This document shows positions 1-9,341 of a stretch of 14,025 nucleotides of DNA, piece after piece. The notes under the pieces are model-generated. The model was given only the letters and a program-made list of their open reading frames with translations, made no database searches and was not told where the DNA came from. Numbering within the stretch: position 1 is the stretch's first letter; each line of letters opens with the position of its first letter. Origin of the DNA: Octopus sinensis (taxonomy: Eukaryota); NCBI RefSeq assembly GCF_006345805.1, contig NW_021825947.1, forward strand, positions 1 through 14,025. Direction: 5' to 3'. The translations under genes were made by a program, and so were the position numbers.

Positions 1-183
1 ATATTCTCCTTGAATAGGACACCATTTTTTTGCAGGGTTACCCATTTACGGCCGAGTGGACTGGAGCAACTTGAAAGGAAGTGTTTTTCTCAAGAACGCA
101 ACGTACTGCGCAATCTTGGAATCGGAACCACCATCTTGCGACCGTCTGTGCAACACCGCAATCCCCAGGTCACATGCTTTCAC
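1..183 (-). mobile_element. tRNA-derived SINE, family A (5' part; runs off window edge)
   Basis: The minus strand reads GTGAAAGCATGTGACCTGGGG...GGTTCCGATTCC (box B-like)...GTTCTTGAGAAAAACACTTCCTTTCAAGTTGCTCCAGTCCAC. It is homologous to the copy at 9398-9723 (TCCTGGAGCAAAGCACTTTATCTCACGTTACTCCAGTC). Confidence 0.75.
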
Positions 184-560
184 TTGTCACAGAAGGATCA
201 ATAAAGTAAGTACCAGTAATATATTATGAATTCAAATTAATCCTTACCGAGGTTTGTTGGTTTAGTGCCTGCATGCACAAATCTCGGTATATATTATTCA
301 AACAAAGAGATTTAATGCTATCGTCAAACTTCTATTCTTCTGTTGATTTTCTTTATCCTTCGTTTTCAATATGTTATTCTACCTGCGGGGTATAATTTGG
401 CACACAGTGAAGTTTTCACATATTGAAAATAGTCTGAGGTTTCCATACCGAATTAAGAACAACCAATTGAAATTTTGTAAGTTAAGCCATTATTCTCATC
501 TAACTTGATGGTCCGCCAACAAAATTATACTCGAGGGCTTCTTAATTAGGCGCATTTACA

Positions 561-790
561 AGGCAGTGAACTAGCAGAAACGTTAGCACGCCAGGCGAAA
601 TGCTGGGTAGTATCTCGTCTGTCTTTAAATTCTGAGTTCAAATTCCACCGAGGTTGGTTTTGCCTTTAGTCTTTTCGGGTTCGATAAATTAAGTACCGGT
701 TTCGCACTGGGTTCGATGTAATCGACTTAATCCCTTTGTCTGTCCTTGTTCGTCCCCTCTATGTTTAGCCCCTTGTGGGCAATAAAGAAA
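561..790 (+). mobile_element. tRNA-derived SINE, family B, near full length
   Basis: Box A-like TAGCAGAAACG (572-582), box B GTTCAAATTCC (636-646), body TTTGCCTTT...GATAAATTAAGTACC...TCGATGTAATCGAC and an A-rich tail. In-window homologues lie at 793, 919, 10345, 10683 and 13378. It resembles Octopus tRNA-SINEs (OK/OR types; exact family not assignable from memory). Confidence 0.85.
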
Positions 791-792
791 TA

Positions 793-918
793 AGAAACGT
801 CAGCACACCGGGCGAAATGCTGAGCGGTATCTCGTCTGTCTTTACATTCTGAGTTCAAATTCCGCCGAGGTCGGCTTCGCATTTAATCCTTTCGGGGTCG
901 ATAAATTAACTACCAGTT
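793..918 (+). mobile_element. SINE family B, second tandem copy (3' truncated)
   Basis: AGAAACGTCAGCACACCGGGCGAAATGC...GAGTTCAAATTCCGCCGAGG...GGGGTCGATAAATTAACTACCAGTT aligns directly to 577-700. Confidence 0.85.
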
Positions 919-1108
919 CGACAAAATACTTATCGGAGTTTCTTCTAGGACTTCGCTGTCTGAGTTTAAAGGCAACCAAAGTTAGGTTTGCCTTTCATCC
1001 TTTCGGGTCGATAAAATAGAGCAACAGTCAATTAGTGTGGTTGATGTAAATGACTTGACCCCATTACCCTTGGAAATTGCTGGCCTTGTGCTAACATTTC
1101 GAAGAATT
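919..1108 (+). mobile_element. SINE family B, third and more diverged tandem copy
   Basis: Shares TTTGCCTTTCATCCTTTCGGGTCGATAAA...TTGATGTAAATGACTTGACCCC...GGCCTTGTGC with the other copies; box B has decayed (GAGTTTAAAGG). Confidence 0.7.
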
Positions 1109-1940
1109 ATTTGCATTTCTCTTCTTTAGTCCGGTGGGTTTCTTTTTATTTGTGCATTTGCGTGCCTGAATTTATTTGCATGCATTATTAGCATGTAGAT
1201 AATATATGAAATGTTTACCATATTCCTTTAATTAAACTCATTAATACCAATAAATTACCATTTACTAATTAACTATAATTTTATTAATTTGATTTATATT
1301 TATATAAAAACATGAAATCATTTCTATATTCTCCTTCCCTATATTGTATAAGATACTAAAATTATTCGAATTCTTTGAAAAAACTATCTAAAATATACCT
1401 ATTTATTTCAAAATCAAAATTAGGATTATGGCTATTAAATATTTAAGTATTAAAAGTTTCTATTCTCCCTACCCCATCAGCTTTGGCCTACCAATTTTAG
1501 CTGAAATATATTGAACTGAACCAAATTGAGTTCTTCAAAGGGAACTTGATTTATGACTCTTCCACTTAAACTGTCTCTTCCTCTATCTATAAAAGGAGAG
1601 ATTCTTGTTTTGTCTTCACTAGACCTGATGAAATAATATTAAACCCCTCCCCAATAGTAAATCTAAATATCAAAGTAAAATCAATGATAAACAGTATCTC
1701 CAGAAAACAATACCATGTTTCTGTTGATGAAACGTGTTTCTCTGTGATGTTGGTAAATGGAATAAGTATAAATATGAATCTTTTCAATCTTTTCAATTTT
1801 ACTAAATTCTATATTTATATGCAACTGAGGATTGCTCTACATTTTAAAACTGATGTAATATTTGCATTGTTTAATTAAATGGAGTCGCATGAAACGATCG
1901 TACTGCATTACCTTTGGATATCCTTGTTGCTTATTTTTAT

Positions 1941-2117
<177 letters not shown>

Positions 2118-2162
2118 ACGTATGAGTAGACAAACGAAAGAATGGCAATCAGCACATTCATT

Positions 2163-2301
2163 GGGAGTTACATGTATGGATCAAACAGTGTGATTCAAAC
2201 TCCTTGGAACTCTGAGATTCAGACTCCTAATGGCCGATGACTACCGACACGCATGAACTCAGAGTACCAAGGATTTTGCTTTAAACTGTTTGATCCATCC
2301 C
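2163..2301. mobile_element. MITE-like fold-back element with about 41-bp inverted arms
   Basis: ATGGATCAAACAGT (2176-2189) is a perfect inverse of ACTGTTTGATCCAT (2285-2298). TCCTTGGAACTCTGAG (2201-2216) matches CTCAGAGTACCAAGGA (2258-2273) at 15/16, with equal 11-nt spacers on both arms. Possible GGG/CCC termini. No clear TSD. Confidence 0.55.
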
Positions 2302-2544
2302 TATATACATACATATATACAAACATTAAATACACACATATCTATATATATATATATATATATAATATATACGCATACAGTAAAATTTTCTAGGTCTTTT
2401 TATATAAAAAGGTTAAGTAAACTTACTATAAACCGCTTTTTTGTTGAATCCGATAACGGGAGTAAACGCTAAAATATGTAAATAAAAATAAATATAATCA
2501 TCCAACATTCTGACTAATTTATTATTTTCAATATTATATGCAAC

Positions 2545-2634
2545 ACATACACACCACACACACCACACACATATATATATATATAATATGTACATATGTA
2601 TATATACATATCTGTATATATACATATATATATA

Positions 2635-2725
<91 letters not shown>
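2545..2725. repeat. (CA)/(TA)n microsatellite
   Basis: Directly visible; long (TA)n directly abuts the element at 2726. Confidence 0.97.
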
Positions 2726-2729
<4 letters not shown>

Positions 2730-2903
2730 ATCCAGCAAAAAAACACAACAACGCGTGACGTGGAACAAATATAGTATTATTGGACGTTCAGGAAAGAAGG
2801 GAAGAAAGGGTTTAACGTTTCGAGCGGAGCTCTTTGTCGGAAACATAGGAGAAGGAAAGATCCAGAGAAGGGAAGACAGAGGGAAAAAAATCGCCAACGG
2901 TAC
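2726..2903 (-). mobile_element. Short non-autonomous hammerhead-containing element (Penelope/retrozyme-like) within TA-rich repeats
   Basis: About 178-bp non-coding insert between (TA)n and TA/TATG-rich tracts. It contains a hammerhead fold at 2810-2844 and is homologous downstream of the ribozyme to 9177-9344 (TGAACGTCCAATAATAC vs TGAGCGTTATACTAATAC). Confidence 0.7.
2810..2844 (-). ncRNA. Minimal type-I hammerhead ribozyme-like motif, degenerate core
   Basis: Minus strand: GUUU-CCGACAA-A-GAGC(UCC)GCUC-GAAA-CGU-U-AAAC. Stem I is GUUU/AAAC, stem II is GAGC/GCUC, and stem III is the palindrome ACGU. The core CUGANGA is altered at U4 and G8. Confidence 0.7.
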
Positions 2904-2979
2904 ATGTATGTATGTATCTATCTATCTATCTATATATATATATACATATGTACATGTATGTATATATATACATATGTAC

Positions 2980-3041
<62 letters not shown>

Positions 3042-3075
3042 TGTATGTATGTATGTGTAAATGTATGTGTGTGAA
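2904..3075. repeat. Compound (TATG)/(TCTA)/(TA)n/(TG)n microsatellite
   Basis: Directly visible. Confidence 0.97.
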
Positions 3076-3589
3076 CGTTTGATTAAATAGCTCAGATGAT
3101 ATAATGATATTGAGATAGACAACATAAATTAGAAGAGAAAGCAAACGAAAGAGGAATTGTATGAAGCGTTTTACGTTGAATGTATGTGTGTGTGTGTATG
3201 CATGCAGGCGTTATAGTGAGAAGTACAGATGAAGGCGGAGAAAAAAGGAAAGAGAGGAATAAGAAGAACAACAACAAAAGAGTGAGAGAGTGATAATTGG
3301 CCTCCATAAGAGCGAAAGACATTGATAATGTAACGGAATAGATGCGGAGAAGAATGGAAACAAACCAACAGATGAAATATGGTGTTTGAGCGGAATAAAA
3401 GATATCGCAAATAGAGGCCCATACGGACAGGCAAAAAAAGAAAAAATTGAAGGCATGTGAGGGTAATGATGCGGATGTGTTGGTGGTGACAAATTAAGAG
3501 GGGTTTTTATTAGATATTAATTGGACGGAAAGGAGGCCTGGCACGAGTTATACATACAAACACACATAAAATAATTGATATTAGATGAG

Positions 3590-3611
3590 ATAACAACAAT
3601 AACAACAACAC

Positions 3612-3668
<57 letters not shown>

Positions 3669-3822
3669 TGAAAGGAAGAAAAAAAAAGGGGAGGGAAGTC
3701 ACTTAGGGAAGTGATGGAATAAAGAACCACGGGTGGTAAACTGAAAGATTTGAAAATAAAGCAATGAATAGCAATAATAATAATAATAATAATGATGATG
3801 ATGATGATGATGATGATGATAA
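3590..3822. repeat. Two trinucleotide tracts: (AAC)/(TAA)n at about 3590-3670 and (TAA)n(TGA)n at about 3772-3822
   Basis: Directly visible; source of the poly-I and poly-Y ORFs. Confidence 0.95.
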
Positions 3823-3989
3823 TAGAAAGTAAAGAGAATTTTCGAGAGTGAATAAGACAAACCCTAAAGAAAACAAGAAGTGACATTGAATAAATGATGG
3901 CGTTAAAACGCCATACTGCTTCCAACGACAATAACTGCCATAACCTATTAGTAATAACTAAACAACGGTTCCAGTGGTTTCCCCGTGAT

Positions 3990-4004
3990 GTATGTGCATA
4001 TGAA

Positions 4005-4087
<83 letters not shown>

Positions 4088-4147
4088 TATATAAATATAA
4101 ACATATATATATATAATACATATATATATATACACAACACACACACA

Positions 4148-4195
<48 letters not shown>

Positions 4196-4295
4196 CGTGT
4201 GTGTATATATGTGTGTGTGTTTGTTCTTTATAAGCGGCAGCGGCAGTATTAGTTCAAAATAGCATTCTACGTATTACATACATCATACGTGCATA

Positions 4296-4341
<46 letters not shown>

Positions 4342-4350
4342 TGTATGTAT
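3990..4350. repeat. (TA)n/(CA)n/(TG)n microsatellite cluster
   Basis: Directly visible. Confidence 0.95.
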
Positions 4351-4704
4351 ATGTTTACTAGTACGGTTTTAGAAACAAGTGTGTATGAAGAAGTGTATAT
4401 TCGTGTGTATGGAAGGTCTTTGTCTTACGCACTTTTAGTTTTTTTTTTCTCGTTTTCTTTCTCAAGCAGCCATACTTTTAACCTGTCTGTCTTCTCAGAA
4501 GACGATAATCCATACAGATCGCTAGAAACAGAGGTGAAAGAAAAAATAATGGAAGAGAAGAAAAGCAATGCTTCCTTCTGTTTCTTTGAGAGTCCGATTT
4601 TGACCTTACTAACAGACGAGAAGTGTAGTCTCGCGAGAATTACTTTATCAAACCTAAACTATTTACTTTCTTTTCTTCTTGCTTTTATTGTTTTCCATCT
4701 GTCT

Positions 4705-4773
4705 CATGTATGTGTGTCTTTGTGTTTGTGTTTGTGTGTGTATGTATGTGTGTGTGTGTATGTGTGTATACAG

Positions 4774-4848
<75 letters not shown>

Positions 4849-4910
4849 CATACATACATACATACATACATACATACATACACATACATATATATATATA
4901 ATATATATAT
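4705..4910. repeat. (TG)n-(TA)n-(CATA)n microsatellite
   Basis: Directly visible. Confidence 0.95.
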
Positions 4911-5049
4911 CGTTTATTTTTGTTTTCGCCGTAACGTTTACCCTCTTATTATTTGCATCTTGTGCATTTTCCTAGCCACACCAATCAGATATTTCGTATT
5001 CCAAATAATTTAGCTTTCTATCTATCCATCTATTTTTTGAATACGCTCT

Positions 5050-5090
5050 CTGTCTGTCTGTCTCTACTCTCCTCTGTGTGTGCGTGCGCG

Positions 5091-5153
<63 letters not shown>

Positions 5154-5411
5154 TCCAAGCATTAAACTATCAAGCCACTTTTTTATCTATCGATCATTTT
5201 ATCATTTTATCTATATCCGTCCATTGTCTGTCTGTCCGTCTGTCAGTCTCTCTCAATCTATCTATATATCTAATAATCTGTCTACCAATCTATCTATCTA
5301 TCTATCTTTCTATCTATCTATCTATCTACTTTTATCTATATATCTATCCATCTGTCTATCTTTCAGTTTGACAATTTATCTATTTGTTAATACAAACACA
5401 CACGTAGATGC

Positions 5412-5464
<53 letters not shown>

Positions 5465-5466
5465 CA

Positions 5467-5497
<31 letters not shown>

Positions 5498-5551
5498 GTA
5501 TATATGTATATACATACAGTAAATATTGGTGCCTTGTACCATTTACCTACT

Positions 5552-5583
<32 letters not shown>

Positions 5584-5750
5584 CCACCTATGTAACTATC
5601 TACCTATCTTTCTGTCTCCTCTGCCTCTATCAATTCATATATCTAACCATCTACCTACCTTCCTTCGTACCTGTGTGCCTGCCTGCGTATCTATCTATCT
5701 ATCTATATATATATCTATCTATCTATCTATCTACCTTTCAGTCTGTCTGT
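5050..5750. repeat. Degenerate (TCTA)/(TCTG) field with (TA)n and (TATG)n tracts
   Basis: Directly visible low-complexity sequence. Confidence 0.9.
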
Positions 5751-6330
5751 CATCTGTCTCTCTGTTTATTCCGTCCCACTTTGACATCGACCTCAACTCT
5801 GTTCCTTGTTTAGCATTCGAAAGACATGACTGTCCACTGATATTAATTTCTGATGATTGCATTGTTCCTTTAACTGTGTATTTATGGACCTCTTGTCTGC
5901 ATATGTGAACATTTGCTTCTACACTTTGCCGTATCTATGCGCGTATATGTATTTTTGTGTGCATTTGCATACATACACCCACACACTCGTATATTTAGCC
6001 TGCGCATATGTGCTTATACTTCGTTAGATATAAAACATAATGTATGGAACGACATAGGGACTTATTTTATCCACTATATTTATGTATGGCTTAAAGTTCT
6101 CCTACTAGATAAGTAAGCATAACAGCAACTAGCTCACGTATGGCTTGTATGTACATATATGTATACGTTTTCATGTGTTTAACATTTTAATATTTCTATA
6201 CATATCTGGGTGTGAGTAGTTCTCTCTAGCCCAATATAACCATCATGACCACCCGTCTGATAAGGGTACACCAGGCACATGCATCATAACCATATGAGGG
6301 CCTCATGGTGATTTCATGATACTTTTATTA

Positions 6331-6332
<2 letters not shown>

Positions 6333-6406
<74 letters not shown>
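6333..6406. repeat. (TTA)n microsatellite
   Basis: Near-perfect tract flanking the 3' end of the R4/Dong fragment. Confidence 0.98.
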
Positions 6407-6407
<1 letters not shown>

Positions 6408-6664
6408 TATGTTTGACTTTTGCTTTACATTTGCACAAGCCGGCTCCAAGTCTCACCCAGAGACCTCAAGAGACAACAAGTTGGAAGTTCATGCTGGTGT
6501 TATGCCTAGGGTGCCATATATTTGGTATTGTACTTAGTGTTGTACTAGTGAATGCCTAAAAAACCATACGAAAATTATCTTCGTTTTAAAACCTGAGATT
6601 ACATAGAAAGTATTTTGCGTAGGATATGAGCAGGTCCCATGAGCACTATCTTTTGAATTTCTGC

Positions 6665-6667
<3 letters not shown>
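6407..6667 (-). mobile_element. 5'-truncated 3' end of an R4/Dong-clade non-LTR retrotransposon (ORF C-terminus plus 3' UTR)
   Basis: The minus strand encodes AEIQKIVLMGPAHILRKILSM* (stop at 6599-6601). This matches the QKxVLxGTAxIxRKxL terminal motif that follows the restriction-like endonuclease in R4/Dong elements. About 190 nt of 3' UTR runs into (AAT)n, and (TAA)n lies on both sides. Confidence 0.8.

Positions 6668-6720
<53 letters not shown>
6667..6720. repeat. (TTA)n microsatellite
   Basis: Directly visible. Confidence 0.98.
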
Positions 6721-6721
<1 letters not shown>

Positions 6722-6912
6722 TTCCGCCTTAGCAAAGGCTGAAGTATTGTTTTCAGTCGTGTTTGTTTGTCTGTGGACAAGATATCTCAATAACCGCTGG
6801 ATGGATTCAGAAGAAACTTTCAGGGATGTTTGGTTTCATGACTGGCACAAACCGATTAGATTATGGGATCGATTTGGCATCGGACAAGGATTCTGAATTA
6901 TTTGTGATATTT
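6719..6912 (+). mobile_element. DINE-1/HINE-like (Helentron-associated) non-autonomous element, 5' part
   Basis: A 5' inverted repeat TACTTCCGCCTT-AGCA-AAGGCTGAAGTA (6719-6746, 11/12 pairs) is followed by GTTTTCAGTC and a GTTT/GTCT microsatellite core, then GGATGGATT...GAAACTTTCAGG. This is the architecture described for DINE-1/HINE elements. The 3' end was not identified. Confidence 0.55.
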
Positions 6913-6926
6913 ACTTTATATGATTA

Positions 6927-7533
6927 CCATAACAATGTCTTTCTTTTTGACATGCAGGTTGGTACTGCACCTTTCTCCAAGCACTCAACTGTTGTGCTAT
7001 CCTTTCATGGAGACCTCTCATCTTCTTCATCGAATAACTTTGGACCCCATCCAGTCCTGGACTCTTCCAGTTTGGGAATTTTCTTAACTGTTTTTTTTTT
7101 TCATTTCTGTAGTTATCTTTATGTCTTCTTGGACATTTATATTTCTTAACCTATCTTGGATTTCATAGAGCTACTCTGCTTCATCATTATGCTCTACAGG
7201 TTGGTCCCAGATCTCTCTCCAGAATGTCCTGCTTTCCTCTGCATCTGGTATCATTGTTGCGTGTATTTGCCAATGTAGTTCCTGAAACAGTTTCTTCTGA
7301 TTTGCTTCAAACAATCTGCTTTGCCTGAACTGTCTTTTTCTGTTGTCATATCTTACCAGTTTTGCATTGATTGCTCCTACTCTTTGTTTCAATTCTTCCA
7401 ATATCACATCATAACCTTTATCTCTTATTCTATATGTTCTTTCCAGCATTATTCTTATGCTTTCGTTCCACAATCCCCCTCTACTCAATCTATCAACTTG
7501 TCCTAAATCTCTTTTTAACTTTGTTTGTTTCTT
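6927..7533 (-). pseudogene. Decayed internal ORF fragment of an R4/Dong-clade non-LTR retrotransposon (pre-RT region and RT domain 0/1)
   Basis: ORF 7171-7575 gives EELKQRVGAINAKLVRY...RQSRLFEANQKKLFQEL...PDAEESRTFWREIWDQPVEHNDEAE. It continues through a TAG (expected W) as [23 protein letters not shown], then across about 3 frameshifts as [29 protein letters not shown] and [18 protein letters not shown]. These fit the WKxPGxDG and VPxWMTxGRTxL motifs. Confidence 0.85.
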
Positions 7534-7536
7534 AAA

Positions 7537-7581
7537 AATTATTATTATCATTGTTGTTGTTGTTATTATTATCATTATTAC

Positions 7582-7613
<32 letters not shown>

Positions 7614-7627
7614 TATCATTATCATTA
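7537..7627. repeat. (TTA)/(TTG)/(TCA) trinucleotide tract
   Basis: Directly visible; lies between the R4/Dong fragment and the tRNA-like head. Confidence 0.95.
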
Positions 7628-7629
7628 AT

Positions 7630-7701
7630 GTCACTGCCTGGAATCGAACTCGAAATCTTGGTATTAGTATCCCGCGCTCTTAACCACTACGCCATCTGCC
7701 C
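7630..7701 (-). mobile_element. tRNA-derived SINE head (distinct family), followed 3' by (TAA)n
   Basis: Minus strand GGGCAGATGGCGTAGTGGTTAAGAGCGCGGG...GAGTTCGATTCCAGGCAGTGAC has a good box A (TGGCGTAGTGG) and box B (GTTCGATTCC). There is no 3' acceptor-stem complement, so it is not a functional tRNA. Confidence 0.75.
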
Positions 7702-7949
7702 GGGCATATGGCGTAGTGGTTGTCTTGCTCATTATTACATTTTGGCGTTTTTGCTGAGACTCTTTTCTTGAGAACACATTCTTCGTGGTTATGACGATTT
7801 GACGTCTATGTTTAGCATGCAGGGTGTCCACTTTAGTGGTCATTCCTCTTAATTTTGGATGTAACACAATTTTTAATCTTCGGATTTTTAAATATGCTAA
7901 GCCACTGGTTTTAATTGATAAACATCAATTTCTACCCTTATTATTTAAT

Positions 7950-8187
7950 TATACATACATACATACATACATATATACATACATAAATACATACGTACAT
8001 ACGTATGTATGTACGTATGTATGTATGCATGTATGTATGCATGTATGTATGCATGTATGTATGTATGTATGTATGTATGTATGTATGTATGTATGTATGT
8101 ATGTATGTACGTACATACGTACGTATGTATGTATGTATGTATGTATGTATGTATGTATGTATGTATGTATGTATGTATGTATGTACA
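7950..8187. repeat. (CATA)n switching to (TATG)n microsatellite
   Basis: Directly visible; strand switch centred on CATACGTATG (7998-8007). Confidence 0.97.
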
Positions 8188-8355
8188 TATACGCGACAAG
8201 GTTCTTTCAGTTTATGCCTACCAAATCCACTCACAAACCTTTGGTCGGCCCGAGGTTATACTGGAATAGTAGAAGAGACTTGCCCAAGGTGCCACACAGT
8301 GTGACTGGATCCGGAACCGCGTCGTTGGAAAGCAAGCTTTTTACCACACAGACAC
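8188..8355 (-). mobile_element. tRNA-derived SINE, family C (5' half)
   Basis: Minus strand GTGTCTGTGTGGTAAAAAGCTTGC...GTGGCACCTTGGGCAAG...CTCGGGCCGACCAAAGG..GTGAGTGGATTTGGTAG aligns to the copies at 10571 and 12283. Confidence 0.85.
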
Positions 8356-8654
8356 AATTTCGTCGTTGTATATAAATCCTCGCATTTTATGTATGTATTG
8401 TATTTGCCCCACCACCACCAACAACCACCCTGGTATCAAATAAATCATATCAGCATCATCATCAACATCATCATTATTATTATTATTATTATTATTATTT
8501 GGATTGTTGAAAATCTAATATTATGCAATAATATTTCATAGTATATCCGTTAGCATAATCTTTGAATACACCAGGGTTACAGAATTTAATGATGTACTGT
8601 ATTGCTTGGAATTTGTGATACCGGCATTGCAGAAACTTTGATACCATCCTGCTA

Positions 8655-8732
8655 CATACACACACACACACACACGCACGCACGCACACACATACACACA
8701 CACATACACACACACATACACACACGCACTCG

Positions 8733-8812
<80 letters not shown>
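8655..8812. repeat. (CA)n-(TA)n microsatellite
   Basis: Directly visible. Confidence 0.97.
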
Positions 8813-8818
<6 letters not shown>

Positions 8819-9054
8819 GAAGATGATTAAACTCTTCAGTTTCGTTGTCGAAATATTTTTATTGCATCGCGGAATCTGGGAAGCAAATCAGCGAAATGAT
8901 TAGATCGGAAAGTGGGTTTTCTGAAAGACCATATTTTGGTCTGTTGTGTCTTGTATGATTGCCTACGAGATTGGTTGGTTGTGAATCGGGTATTGATGTT
9001 GTCGTTGTCGCCGTCGTCGTAATTGCTGGTATTCTTGCTACTACCTATGTTCAC

Positions 9055-9108
9055 ATATACATACATACATACATACATACATACATACATACATACATAC
9101 ATACATCA

Positions 9109-9176
<68 letters not shown>
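9055..9176. repeat. (CATA)n-(TA)n microsatellite
   Basis: Directly visible; abuts the element at 9177. Confidence 0.97.
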
Positions 9177-9178
<2 letters not shown>

Positions 9179-9341
9179 TTTTTTCTCTCCTTCTTTCTCT
9201 CCTTGTTTTTTCTGTGTCCCTTTCTGTAGAAGAGCGTAGGCTCGAAATGTAAAAGACTTTTCTATTCTTGAGCGTTATACTAATACATCTGTTTGTTTTG
9301 TACACCACCTGTCTTCGTCCTTTGTATTTTTCGTAAACTCT

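Noticed and set aside
1140-1808. One minus-strand frame has only TAA/TAG stops and no TGA, hinting at a ciliate-type genetic code or a NUMT
   Set aside because: The TAA/TAG count is about what AT-rich random DNA gives and the lack of TGA is only marginal across six frames. Translation with the mitochondrial code gives no recognisable gene, and the flanks are ordinary host SINEs.
1109-1867. Three ATTTGCAT octamer (POU) motifs at 1109, 1174 and 1860
   Set aside because: A short AT-rich motif in AT-rich DNA, with no snRNA, histone or other promoter context.
4345-5013. Longest ORF (222 aa)
   Set aside because: The C-terminal half is microsatellite and the rest includes a polypyrimidine tract; at most a 35-nt micro-exon is possible, with no recognisable homology.
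6028-6112. Possible exon TTAG|ATATAAAAC...GATAA|GTAAGC (DIKHNVWNDIGTYF...)
   Set aside because: Splice-like motifs are common in AT-rich DNA, the peptide is unrecognised, and its phase does not join the 4499-4533 candidate.
6205-6320. GC-richer segment that may be a LINE UTR fragment
   Set aside because: Based only on vague recall; there is no second copy or diagnostic motif in the window.
7814-7830. CAGGGTGTCCA resembling a Tc1/mariner TIR start
   Set aside because: Not preceded by TA and no matching inverted end was found.
8495-8990. Protein-looking short frames (IIKFCNPGVFKDYANGY; KYFYCIAESGKQISEM)
   Set aside because: No recognisable family, stops nearby and no convincing splice pair.
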